A stretch of DNA of 64,000 bases from Clostridia bacterium (GCA_017482355.1 JAFUNJ010000009.1:165229-229228); one strand, 5' to 3'; counted from the first letter of the stretch, positions 54,141-62,422 are shown. The notes: generated from the sequence alone by a model not told the origin. Translations and numbers: made by a program.

Positions 54141-55310
54141 ATGGCAAACTACGAAAATCAGATCAAAAGTGCAGTAGAAAAATACGAAGCATTGCTCCGC
54201 TCACAGCTCCAGCGAGTTGAGAAGATAAATGCGGCAGGCGACGCTGTAGATTATTCCAAGATGGATAAGATCGTCATCGGTGTCTGCGGCGGAGACGGCA
54301 TCGGACCGATCATCACCGACGCATCGAAAAAGGTTCTCGAATATCTGCTTGCAGACGACGTTAAGAGCGGAAGGATCGAGTTCAAGGTCATTGACGGACT
54401 CACCATCGAAAACCGCGTAAAGCACATGCAGGCGATCCCCGACGAGGTTATGGAGGAGCTTTATAAGTGCGACGTTATACTCAAGGGACCGACAACTACC
54501 CCTCGCGCAGGCGATCCTTGGCCGAACATCGAGAGCGCAAACGTCGCTATGAGAAAGAAGCTCGACCTTTTTGCGAACGTTCGTCCCGTCAAGGTTCCCG
54601 ATAAGGGCATCGACTGGACCTTCTTCCGCGAGAACACCGAGGGAAGTTATGCGGTAGGAAGCCAGGGCGTGAACGTCACAGACGATCTCGCACTCGATTT
54701 CTGCGTTACCACGACAGAGGGCTGTAACCGTATTGCACGCCTTGCTTACGAGTATGCAAGAAAGAACGGCAAAAACCGCGTTTCGATAGTAACTAAGGCA
54801 AATATCATCAAAACGACCGACGGTAAGTTCCTTCGCCTCTGCGAAGAGGTCGGCAAGGAATATCCCGAGATCGAGACCGATAACTGGTTCATCGACATTA
54901 TGACGGCTAAGCTCGTCGACGAGAAGCGTCGCACTGCATTCCAGGTGTTCATTCTCCCCAACCTCTACGGCGATATCATCACCGACGAGGCAGCAGAATT
55001 CCAGGGCGGTGTAGGCACTGCCGGTTCTGCGAATATCGGTAAGAAATACGCTATGTTTGAGGCGATCCACGGCTCTGCACCCAGAATGATAACCGAGGGC
55101 AAAGGAAAGTACGCCGACCCCTGCTCGATGCTCCGCGCGACCGTTATGCTTCTTTCGCATATCGGCTATCAGGAAGAGAGCGACCGTCTCGCTCGCGCTC
55201 TTGACATCTGTATGTTTGAAGAAAAGAAGCTCTTAGTGACTGGACGCGATACAGGTGCTACCTGTGAGGAATTCACTGCTTACGTCAACGAAACGCTGAA
55301 GAAGATTTAA
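54141..55310 (+). CDS. Isocitrate/isopropylmalate dehydrogenase family protein (probable NAD-dependent isocitrate dehydrogenase)
   Basis: GDGIGPII, FRENTEG, NLYGDIITDEAA and the GS(A)P pattern of beta-decarboxylating dehydrogenases, plus a ~40-aa N-terminal extension. Confidence 0.75.
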   Translation: MANYENQIKSAVEKYEALLRSQLQRVEKINAAGDAVDYSKMDKIVIGVCGGDGIGPIITDASKKVLEYLLADDVKSGRIEFKVIDGLTIENRVKHMQAIPDEVMEELYKCDVILKGPTTTPRAGDPWPNIESANVAMRKKLDLFANVRPVKVPDKGIDWTFFRENTEGSYAVGSQGVNVTDDLALDFCVTTTEGCNRIARLAYEYARKNGKNRVSIVTKANIIKTTDGKFLRLCEEVGKEYPEIETDNWFIDIMTAKLVDEKRRTAFQVFILPNLYGDIITDEAAEFQGGVGTAGSANIGKKYAMFEAIHGSAPRMITEGKGKYADPCSMLRATVMLLSHIGYQEESDRLARALDICMFEEKKLLVTGRDTGATCEEFTAYVNETLKKI

Positions 55311-55323
55311 GGTTAGAATTTTA

Positions 55324-55470
55324 ATGGCTCCCTTGTGTAAAGGGAGCTGTCGACGAAGACGACTGAGGGATTGTTATAAAAACGTTTCTAACTTTTACAA
55401 TCCCTCCGCCTCGCAAGCTCGGCACCTCCCTTTGCACAAGGGAGGCGGCGGGAGCAAGCCCCCGCCCTAC
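55324..55470 (+). repeat. Intergenic repeat family A copy 2 (55324-55446) fused to a family C unit (55447-55470)
   Basis: ATGGCTCCCTTGTGTAAAGGGAGCTGTCGACGAAGACGACTGAGGGATTGT...ACAATCCCTCCGCC...CACCTCCCTTTGCACAAGGGAGGC, followed by GGCGGGAGCAAGCCCCCGCCCTAC. The latter is identical to 62423-62446. Confidence 0.8.
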
Positions 55471-55512
55471 GGCGCGGTGATAACTCTGATTTGCCCGAAA
55501 GGAGATATAAAA

Positions 55513-56091
55513 ATGAAAACTGCATATATCTCCACGGGTGCAAAACGCCTTCCGCGTTACTTCCGCACGCTTCGGGAGTGCTTAATGAACGGCGAGATAA
55601 AAATAAGCTCGTCCGACCTTGCGAAGAAGCTCGATACTACTCCCTCGCAGGTGCGTGCCGATCTCAATAAATATTCGGGCGCAGGGCTTCAGGGCTACGG
55701 GTACAACGTAAAGGTGCTGTATACAGAAATAAGCCGTGAGCTCGGTGTCGGCGACGGAATGACCGCCGCGGTCATCGGCCCCGATAGTGAAAACGCTCGC
55801 TTTCTTTCGCCGCGTCTTGAGGGCAGGGGAATATCGAATACAGTATTCGTTCCGAGTGACGAGAGTGTTTACTCCGCTATCGAAGGGCTTGACACCGATA
55901 TTGCGATAGTCCTTGAATGCGACGATAAGGAGAAAATGCAGTCGGCGCTTCGCCTTTCATGCGTAAAGGGCGTCTGGAATATGACGCAAAGCGATTTTGA
56001 CCTTGATATTCCGACGGTAAATCTGCCGATCGGAGATATACTCTCGGCACTTATGTACGAGATAAAGCAAAATATGAAAGGAGAGAAATAA
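55513..56091 (+). CDS. rex: Rex-family transcriptional repressor-like protein (NAD(H)-binding motif apparently degenerate)
   Basis: Start moved to ATG 55513. The N-terminal winged helix matches Rex (AKRLPRYFRTLRE..., SSDLAKKL..TPSQVRADLNKYSG.G.QGYGYNV). GxGxxG is replaced by AAVIGPDSENARFL. Confidence 0.65.
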   Translation: MKTAYISTGAKRLPRYFRTLRECLMNGEIKISSSDLAKKLDTTPSQVRADLNKYSGAGLQGYGYNVKVLYTEISRELGVGDGMTAAVIGPDSENARFLSPRLEGRGISNTVFVPSDESVYSAIEGLDTDIAIVLECDDKEKMQSALRLSCVKGVWNMTQSDFDLDIPTVNLPIGDILSALMYEIKQNMKGEK

Positions 56092-57059
56092 TGAAATATA
56101 ACGTTCTTTATAAGGACGGCGCAGTATGCCTGCCTGCAAGTGCGTTTCTTACATGTGATACACTTCTTGAAGTGCGATTCCTTATGCTTCTCTCCTACGA
56201 TAGAGCGCTCTGCGACGCAGATGACACAATGCTCTGCGAGCAGCTCGGATGCACACTTCTCGAGCTTGAAGAAGCCGTATCGTCCTTACGCGAAAAGGGA
56301 CTTCTTGAAGCAGCGAAAAAGCTTGCTCCGTCGGTTGCAAATAAGAATCTTTCCGGCAAGGAGATAGCAGGCGCGATCGAGAGCGACAATTCACTCAAGC
56401 AGCTTATCGAGGAATGCGAAGCGATCTGCGGAAAGGTCTTCACGACAACGGATGTTTCGAAGATCGTGTCGCTCAAAAGCTCGCTCGGACTTGACAGCGA
56501 AACTGTGCTTCTTCTTTTCTATTATCACTTTGAAAAGCTCGACGCAGTCGGCAAAAAGCTGACAGTCAGCTACGTCGAAAAGAGCGCGTATTCCCTTTAT
56601 AATCAGGGAATACGTACCCTTGATTCACTCCAGGGTTACATAAAGGAAAACGAGAGAAGAAACAGTAATAAGTATAAGGTAGCACGCCTTTTCGGTATCG
56701 GTGAGCGTGCATTTACGAAGAAGGAAGAAAAGTTCTTCGATAAGTGGTTCATCGAATGGGAAATGCCGTTTGAGCTTATCGAGGCGGCGTTTGAAATCGC
56801 CGTCAATAATACCGGCAAAGCAGGTCTTGAGTATATGTCGAAGATCCTTTCCGACTGGCACGACAGCGGTGTTCGCACCGTCGAGCAGGCGGAAAAGGCA
56901 AACGCAGACTTCAAGGCGGCAAACAAGAATAAAACGAAATTCGTCGAAAAACCCGTAAGCAACGGCGCAAGCTTCGACACCGAGGAGTTTTTCGAAAAGG
57001 CGCGTAAGCGCTCCGAGGCGATGATGAACGCCGTAATAAACGGAGAGGGGAATAAGTAA
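56091..57059 (+). CDS. DnaD-domain replication initiation/membrane attachment protein (B. subtilis DnaB-like)
   Basis: C-terminal DnaD/DnaB_2 pattern (FEKLDAVGKKLTVSYVEK...; WFIEWEMPFELIEAAFEIAV..GKAGLEYMSKILSDWHDSGVRTVEQAE). Followed by a dnaI-like gene with ATGA overlap. Confidence 0.7.
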   Translation: MKYNVLYKDGAVCLPASAFLTCDTLLEVRFLMLLSYDRALCDADDTMLCEQLGCTLLELEEAVSSLREKGLLEAAKKLAPSVANKNLSGKEIAGAIESDNSLKQLIEECEAICGKVFTTTDVSKIVSLKSSLGLDSETVLLLFYYHFEKLDAVGKKLTVSYVEKSAYSLYNQGIRTLDSLQGYIKENERRNSNKYKVARLFGIGERAFTKKEEKFFDKWFIEWEMPFELIEAAFEIAVNNTGKAGLEYMSKILSDWHDSGVRTVEQAEKANADFKAANKNKTKFVEKPVSNGASFDTEEFFEKARKRSEAMMNAVINGEGNK

Positions 57060-58036
57060 TGGGCTTTAACAGAGATAATTACAAAAAAATAAAGCACGAA
57101 TACGAAGGTAAAGCTCTCCGCGCACAGGAAGCGGCACTTATCCGCAAAAGAGAGCTCGGGATGAGATTCCCGGACATTAAGGAGATCGACGACGCGCTTT
57201 CTCAAACGGGACTCCGCATATTTGAAGCAAGCGCAAGATACAGGGGCGAAAAGCTTGAGAGTGAGATCGCCGCAATAAAGGCAGAAAATGCCGAGCTTCT
57301 CAAAGCACGCGAAGCGCTTCTCACGAAATACGGCATCCCTGCCGATTATTCCGACGTAAAATACGAGTGCAACGAATGCTCCGACAGTGGCTTTAACGGC
57401 ATCAATATGTGTAAATGTATGAAGGCGAAGCTCGTTATGGCGGGCTACGAAAGCTCGGGCATCGGCTCGCTCATAAAGACGAAGACCTTTGATAATTACG
57501 TTCCGACCTACCAAAAGGAAAAGGGTGCGGTCGAAAATGCCGAAATGATAGTCACCTTCTGCCGTCACTACGCAGATAACTTCGGCGACAAATCGCAGAA
57601 TCTGCTATTTATCGGAGGCACGGGTCTAGGCAAGACGCATCTTTCCGCCGCAATTACAGGAAGTGTCGTCCGCCGCGGCTACGACGTTGTTTGCGAAACT
57701 GCGCAGAATCTCTTTTCCGATTTCGAGTACGAGCGCTTCGGACGCGGTTATAATAGAGACGAAAACGAGGAAAGCCGTACCGACAGATATTTTGAATGCG
57801 ATCTGCTAATAATCGATGACCTAGGCACCGAAATGGGAAACACTTTCACAGTCTCATGTCTTTACAATATCATCAACACGCGTCTTAACAAGGGAAAAGC
57901 GGTTATAATAAATACGAACCTTACGCGAGACGACCTGCGTAAGCGTTACGACGAGCGCATAACCTCGCGCTTGTTCGGCGAATTTTTGCCGATAATGTTC
58001 CTTGGTCGCGATATGCGAGAGCTGAAGCTCGACTGA
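57059..58036 (+). CDS. dnaI: Helicase loader, DnaI/DnaC (IstB-like AAA+) family
   Basis: N-terminal Cys cluster (CNECSDSGF...CKC). Walker A GGTGLGKTHL and Walker B LLIIDDLG. Confidence 0.8.
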   Translation: MGFNRDNYKKIKHEYEGKALRAQEAALIRKRELGMRFPDIKEIDDALSQTGLRIFEASARYRGEKLESEIAAIKAENAELLKAREALLTKYGIPADYSDVKYECNECSDSGFNGINMCKCMKAKLVMAGYESSGIGSLIKTKTFDNYVPTYQKEKGAVENAEMIVTFCRHYADNFGDKSQNLLFIGGTGLGKTHLSAAITGSVVRRGYDVVCETAQNLFSDFEYERFGRGYNRDENEESRTDRYFECDLLIIDDLGTEMGNTFTVSCLYNIINTRLNKGKAVIINTNLTRDDLRKRYDERITSRLFGEFLPIMFLGRDMRELKLD

Positions 58037-58049
58037 AAGGAAATTTAAT

Positions 58050-58811
58050 ATGAAAATAGCAGTTGTGACGGGCGCGTCTTCGGGACTCGGCGAGGAATTT
58101 GTTAGAGTTATCTCCGAAAAGTATGACGAGATAGAGGAAATATGGGTGATCGCGCGTCGTACCGAGCGCCTTGAGGCGCTGAAAGAGCGTTTCCCGAATA
58201 AAAAGATATTCCCGATATCCCTAGACTTAACGAAGCACGAAAGCTACGAAACGCTGTCCGAAATGCTCGAAAGCGAAAAGCCCGAGATAAAGATACTTGT
58301 AAACAACGCGGGCTTCGGTACGCACGGCAATTTCGATGCGATGGATCTGAATACTCAGACGAGAATGGTCGACCTTAATAACCGCGCTCTCACGGCAGTA
58401 ACGTCAGTCTCCCTTCTTTATATGAATAAGGGAAGCTTCATAGTCAACGTCTGCTCGATTGCATCGTTTGCACCGACAGCAAGAATGGCGGTATATTGCT
58501 CAACTAAGTCGTACGTTCTCTCCTTCTCGAAGGCGCTTCGCTTTGAGCTTAAAAAGAAGGGAATAAACGTGCTCGCGCTCTGCCCGGGACCTATGGATAC
58601 CGAATTTCTTCCCGCGGCGGGAATCGAAAAGGGAAGCTCGCACACCTTTGATACGCTTCCTCGCGTGAATCCTGCAATGGCGGCGGAAAAGGCACTGCGT
58701 CATGCTTCAAAGGGCAGGGGAATATATACGCCCAGCGCCTTCTATAAGCTGTACAGATTTCTATCCAAGGTGCTTCCGCACGGGTTCGTAATGCACATGT
58801 CGAAAACTTGA
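58050..58811 (+). CDS. Short-chain dehydrogenase/reductase (SDR) family oxidoreductase
   Basis: TGASSGLG cofactor motif, NNAG, and catalytic Y-x3-K (YCSTKSY). Confidence 0.85.
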   Translation: MKIAVVTGASSGLGEEFVRVISEKYDEIEEIWVIARRTERLEALKERFPNKKIFPISLDLTKHESYETLSEMLESEKPEIKILVNNAGFGTHGNFDAMDLNTQTRMVDLNNRALTAVTSVSLLYMNKGSFIVNVCSIASFAPTARMAVYCSTKSYVLSFSKALRFELKKKGINVLALCPGPMDTEFLPAAGIEKGSSHTFDTLPRVNPAMAAEKALRHASKGRGIYTPSAFYKLYRFLSKVLPHGFVMHMSKT

Positions 58812-58895
58812 TGAAGTCAAGTATTGACAAAATGGCGGAAATTGTATAGAATAGTAACGGATATAAAAGTCTCTTCATTTGAAAGGAGCAATATT

Positions 58896-59183
58896 ATGGC
58901 AGACGAACTTTTTAACGAAGAAGTGTTCACACTTACCGACGAGGACGGCAACGAAAAGCAGTTTGAGCTTCTCGGAAGCCAGGAGATCGACGGTCAAACA
59001 TATCTCGCGCTCGTTCCGATCGAGGACAACGAGAACGAGGAATACGTTATCCTCAAGGTAGCAGAGGATGAAGAAAGCGGCGAGGAGATACTCGTTACGA
59101 TCGACGATGACGACGAGTTCGACCGCGTTGCAGATTTCTTCAACGACGAGCTATTCGGCGAGATCGACTACGACGAGGAATGA
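58896..59183 (+). CDS. DUF1292 family protein (acidic, YrzB-like)
   Basis: Start moved to ATG 58896 (AAAGGAG RBS). FTLTDEDGNEKQFELLG...DGQTYLALVP...EYVILKV is the DUF1292 pattern. Confidence 0.7.
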   Translation: MADELFNEEVFTLTDEDGNEKQFELLGSQEIDGQTYLALVPIEDNENEEYVILKVAEDEESGEEILVTIDDDDEFDRVADFFNDELFGEIDYDEE

Positions 59184-59189
59184 TCCGTA

Positions 59190-59442
59190 TCTTTCCTGCT
59201 TAGTGCGTGATAGATCGGCTGTTAAAACCTACAAGAGATAAATGGAGCTTTATCTTCGCTATCGGGGTATGCAGACCTCCCCGCCCGCCTGCTTACGTCA
59301 CGCGGTCAACGGGATGCTGGGAGCACGAAAGATGCGAGAGGGCACCAACCTGCACATGCGGGTTTCTCAATGGCTGTCTACACGGCTCGGCGGGGTACAT
59401 AAGAAAGTAACTCAGAGGTATTTCCTCTGAGTTTATTTTTTT
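59190..59442 (+). ncRNA. Candidate structured RNA of unknown class, ending in an intrinsic terminator
   Basis: GC-rich non-coding block between an AT-rich gene end and a promoter. Local hairpin CGGGG-N11-CCCCG. Long-range complementarity CGTGATAGAT (59206-59215) with GTCTACACG (59376-59384), and CCCCGCC (about 59279-59285) with GGCGGGG (about 59389-59395). Terminator ACTCAGAGG-TATTT-CCTCTGAGT plus TTATTTTTTT (59409-59442). Confidence 0.4.
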
Positions 59443-59443
59443 G

Positions 59444-59472
59444 TTGACAACTATTAGTGTATATGGTAAAAT
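59444..59472 (+). promoter_or_regulatory. SigA-type promoter (extended -10) for the SHOCT membrane protein gene
   Basis: TTGACA (59444-59449), 17-nt spacer ending TGG, TAAAAT (59467-59472). Lies immediately after the terminator of the candidate RNA. Confidence 0.7.
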
Positions 59473-59524
59473 ATTTACAGGGTATATCAAATCAATGACC
59501 GAAATCAAAAACGGAGGAAGAGGA

Positions 59525-60295
59525 ATGAACGAAATCAAAAAGAACCCCGGCGTAAGGGCAAGAATACCGATCGCGATACTCGCTTTAACGTATGTACTGC
59601 TCAACTCGATCTTGAGTATCATTAGGTATAAGGGGCACTTATTTGGAGAAAATGCCCACATGTTTCTGGCAATGCTGCCGATCTTGCTGCTCGGCATATA
59701 TTTCCTAGCGTTGCACAAAATACAGCCCGCAACACCCTATGTCGTTTTCGCAATGCTGGCGGTGAATCTTAGTACACTTACTATCAGTTTGGGTTCGTTA
59801 TGGTCGTCCGGATCATATAATTTTTTGTATGTTTTACGAGAACTGTTTGATGGTGGAATTTCGGAAAGCAACATGTTTATATTGTGGTATGTCGTTGCGT
59901 CCATAGTACCGCTGCTGATGAGCGTCGCTATTTTCTTTTTGATTAAAGGCGGGCGCACAGGTAAGATCATGCTGATCGTAACTGCCGGTATTTGTTGTCT
60001 TGAACCGTTGTTCTATGCTGCCAAAATAGCGGAAGAGGAAAATGCCAGTAAATACGTCAGCCATGACGCTGTGAGTTATATTTCTGCGCTTTTGCCGATT
60101 CTACTATACGCGGCACTTATTCTTTATGCGGCGTTCAATACTCCCCCGACCTACGTGCCCTCCGCGTCAAAGTCCGCCAATACGGATATGCCGTTAAGTC
60201 GGGAATTGGAAATATATCAGGAATTGCTCGTTAAGGGCAGAATAACCCCTGAAGAATATGAGGAAAAGCGCATTGAAATAAACAACAGACGATAA
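59525..60295 (+). CDS. Multi-pass membrane protein with C-terminal SHOCT-like domain
   Basis: ATG 59525 preferred (GGAGGAAGAGG RBS). About six TM segments. The C-terminal ELEIYQELLVKGRITPEEYEEKRIEI matches the short SHOCT motif. Confidence 0.6.
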   Translation: MNEIKKNPGVRARIPIAILALTYVLLNSILSIIRYKGHLFGENAHMFLAMLPILLLGIYFLALHKIQPATPYVVFAMLAVNLSTLTISLGSLWSSGSYNFLYVLRELFDGGISESNMFILWYVVASIVPLLMSVAIFFLIKGGRTGKIMLIVTAGICCLEPLFYAAKIAEEENASKYVSHDAVSYISALLPILLYAALILYAAFNTPPTYVPSASKSANTDMPLSRELEIYQELLVKGRITPEEYEEKRIEINNRR

Positions 60296-60297
60296 TT

Positions 60298-60330
60298 TAA
60301 AAAGGAACGGATTTCTCCGTTCCTTTTTTA
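60298..60330. terminator. Bidirectional rho-independent terminator
   Basis: AAAAAGGAACGGA-TTTC-TCCGTTCCTTTTTT, between convergent genes. Confidence 0.85.
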
Positions 60331-60996
60331 TATAACGTAAAAATACACGCAGATGAATTGCAGCACGCTTCCGAGCAGTGCGAAAAGGTGGAAGATAAAG
60401 TGGAAGTAGCGGTGCTTTTTGCCGATACCGTAGATTATCGCGCCTATCGTGTAGGCAACACCGCCGAGGAGAAGGTATATAAACGCTTCGATCGGTAACG
60501 CCTTAAGAACAGTGTCTCCGGCAAGGAATATCGACCAGCCCATTCCGATGTAACAAGCCATCGCGAATTTGCTGTAATTCTTCAGGTCTATAGACGTAAG
60601 CACTGCAGCAATGATACCGAAGCCCCAAACGACGGCGAAAATTATCCACGCCCACATAGACGAAACGGGGCGGATCGCCGAGAGAAGTATCGGCGTGTAT
60701 GTGCCGGCGATAAGAAGATTTATCGTCGAATGGTCGATTATGCGCATGACCTGCTTTGCAATTCCGGGTCTGACGGCGTGATATATGCAAGAAGCAGCGT
60801 AGAGTAGGATCATCGACGCGCCGTAAATCGCCGCACCGACGACCGACCATGCGTCAACGCTTGACGCTTTTATAACGCACAGTATCAGAACTACAACGCC
60901 GAAAACAGCACCTATCGCGTGCGATAGTGAGTGTAGAAATTCCTCCGGCTTTGAGTAGGTCGGAAGCAGACGGTCGCGCAGTTTTGTTCTTTTCAT
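60328..60996 (-). CDS. Hemolysin III / PAQR family membrane protein (YplQ/TrhA-like)
   Basis: ATG 60996 preferred (GAGG RBS). Seven TM segments. Motifs EEFLHSLSHAIG, YAASCIYH, DHSTINLLIAGTYTP and HFIFHLF are typical of the family. Confidence 0.8.
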   Translation of the reverse strand: MKRTKLRDRLLPTYSKPEEFLHSLSHAIGAVFGVVVLILCVIKASSVDAWSVVGAAIYGASMILLYAASCIYHAVRPGIAKQVMRIIDHSTINLLIAGTYTPILLSAIRPVSSMWAWIIFAVVWGFGIIAAVLTSIDLKNYSKFAMACYIGMGWSIFLAGDTVLKALPIEAFIYLLLGGVAYTIGAIIYGIGKKHRYFHFIFHLFALLGSVLQFICVYFYVI

Positions 60997-61109
60997 ATTT
61001 TGCCTCATAATAATTAAAATCACGAAATGTAATATCGAATATTATGATATCACGTTTTGAATTATTTGTCAATATGAAAAGCACGAAAATGTTTCGACAT
61101 TTTCGTGCT

Positions 61110-61313
61110 TTATTCGTCATCAATATAGGTCAATACGTCTTCCACCCTACAATCGAGAATGCGGCAAAGATCGTTAAGAGTCACAGTTGTTATCGGCTTG
61201 TTGTGCTTGAGACGGTCAAGGAGACTTCTGCTGATGCCGTATTCGTTTATGAGCTTGTAGGTCGTGACGCCCTTTTCCTTCATAGTTTTATATAGCGGCT
61301 CGTATGAGATCAT
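61110..61313 (-). CDS. XRE/Cro-family helix-turn-helix transcriptional regulator (67 aa)
   Basis: Start moved to ATG 61313 (GGGGGTG RBS). MISYEPLYKTMKEKGVTTYKLINEYGISRSLLDRLKHNKPITTVTLNDLCRILDCRVEDVLTY is a compact HTH_26/XRE-like fold. Confidence 0.75.
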   Translation of the reverse strand: MISYEPLYKTMKEKGVTTYKLINEYGISRSLLDRLKHNKPITTVTLNDLCRILDCRVEDVLTYIDDE

Positions 61314-61335
61314 AAATTCACCCCCTGATGTTTTA

Positions 61336-61386
61336 ATTATATTTTGTGCTCTATCTCTTGACAATTGTCGATATATAGAGTATAAT
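61336..61386. promoter_or_regulatory. Back-to-back divergent SigA-type promoters with overlapping -35 boxes
   Basis: Plus strand: TTGACA (61358-61363), 17 nt, TATAAT (61381-61386). Minus strand: TTGTCA (61364-61359), 17 nt, TATAAT (61341-61336). The two -35 hexamers share five positions (61359-61363). Confidence 0.65.
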
Positions 61387-61396
61387 ATACGCAAAG

Positions 61397-61416
61397 ATTG
61401 TCTATATATAGACAAT
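61397..61416. promoter_or_regulatory. Perfect 20-bp palindrome, candidate operator of the XRE regulator
   Basis: ATTGTCTATATATAGACAAT is its own reverse complement. It sits just downstream of the plus-strand -10. A related half-site ATTGTCGATATATAGAG fills the promoter spacer (61364-61380). Confidence 0.6.
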
Positions 61417-61434
61417 AAAGAAAGGAAAAATATT

Positions 61435-61911
61435 ATGAAAAAGGCATTATTGTTAGTATTAGCTACGGTGTTTATCTTAACGGGTTGTTCGATGGCTGAA
61501 AACAGCTTAATGGTTGGCGGCAATGATAGCAATGAAGAATTCTATGAAGCCGTATCTGAATCGCAGGAATTGCTTGACGATGTCGCAGACGATATTTATA
61601 ACAATTGGCACGGCGCGATTTACGATGATGAATTTGGCGGAGATATTGACGTTGCGATTTATGCGGCGCAATTGGATCATAGCGATGACATAAAGAAAAT
61701 AAAAAGTAATGACAGTATAATTAAAGATCTATATAAGAAGGTGCGGGACGGTAAGCTGTCCGACGAGACAAAAGATGTTATGCAGGCGTATAACGAATAT
61801 TATGAATTTGTTATAAACGTAAGCGGATCGTTTAATTCGTATTCTGCCAATAAGGAAACGTTGAAAAAGGCACTTTCGAGTGCACTTAAAAATCTCGAAA
61901 TGGAGATTTGA
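61435..61911 (+). CDS. Small lipoprotein (158 aa), uncharacterised
   Basis: Start moved to ATG 61435. Signal plus lipobox MKKALLLVLATVFILTGC-SMA. The mature part is helical and acidic. No family recognised. Confidence 0.6.
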   Translation: MKKALLLVLATVFILTGCSMAENSLMVGGNDSNEEFYEAVSESQELLDDVADDIYNNWHGAIYDDEFGGDIDVAIYAAQLDHSDDIKKIKSNDSIIKDLYKKVRDGKLSDETKDVMQAYNEYYEFVINVSGSFNSYSANKETLKKALSSALKNLEMEI

Positions 61912-61913
61912 TA

Positions 61914-61940
61914 AAAAGAGCCCATATGGGCTCTTTTTAT
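61914..61940 (+). terminator. Rho-independent terminator (cassette copy 1)
   Basis: AAAAGAGCCCA-TA-TGGGCTCTTTTT. Confidence 0.8.
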
Positions 61941-61996
61941 CTGGCGGCGGGAGCGTAATAACCACTGTTATTAAATTATATTTTGGGCTCTGTATC

Positions 61997-62025
61997 TTGA
62001 CAATTGTTGATATAAAGAATATAAT
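61997..62025 (+). promoter_or_regulatory. Second copy of the XRE-module promoter
   Basis: GGGCTCTGTATCTTGACAATTGTTGATATAAAGAATATAAT parallels GTGCTCTATCTCTTGACAATTGTCGATATATAGAGTATAAT at 61345-61386. TTGACA (61997-62002), 17 nt, TATAAT (62020-62025). Confidence 0.65.
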
Positions 62026-62054
62026 TTTTACAAATATCGTGTTAGGAGAATAGT

Positions 62055-62390
62055 ATGAAGAATAGTAGTATAGGCAAAACAATAATGAAAGCATCAAAAT
62101 ATGTTTATATAGCAGGAATGGCGTTTGCATCGTTGTTGGCTGTTGCGGAAGTATATGCTTTTTTTGAAGCGGTCGTGGCCTATTCGAGTTTTCCTTTTTT
62201 GGCGTTCGCGTTAATTGTTGCCAAATATTTGCTGATCGTATTTGGGGTATGGTTTTTCTCTTTGATTGTGGCAGGATATGGGCGTATTGTTGAAGATAAC
62301 TCCAAAAAGGCAAAAGCGGCAGAAGAGCTTAACTCGATTCTTTTAATGTGGCAAGAAGATACCGTTTATTCGTCGGAGGATGAAGAATAA
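62055..62390 (+). CDS. Small membrane protein (111 aa, three TM segments), uncharacterised
   Basis: AGGAGAA RBS, three hydrophobic segments and an acidic C-terminus (SSEDEE). No family recognised. Confidence 0.55.
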   Translation: MKNSSIGKTIMKASKYVYIAGMAFASLLAVAEVYAFFEAVVAYSSFPFLAFALIVAKYLLIVFGVWFFSLIVAGYGRIVEDNSKKAKAAEELNSILLMWQEDTVYSSEDEE

Positions 62391-62395
62391 GGAAT

Positions 62396-62420
62396 AAGAG
62401 CCCGAATGGGCTCTTTTTGT
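62396..62420 (+). terminator. Rho-independent terminator (cassette copy 2)
   Basis: AAGAGCCCG-AA-TGGGCTCTTTTT, nearly identical to the terminator at 61914-61940. Confidence 0.8.
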
Positions 62421-62422
62421 TC

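Noticed and set aside
59207-59430. Two overlapping small ORFs (67 and 62 aa), and a possible guanidine-I (ykkC) riboswitch assignment for this region.
   Set aside because: The ORFs lack an RBS and sit in a GC-rich, highly self-complementary block ending in a terminator. The ykkC-like strings (GCGAGAG, ACACGG..CGGGG) are short, the spacing is off, and the downstream gene has its own promoter and is not a guanidine-related function. I therefore left the class open.
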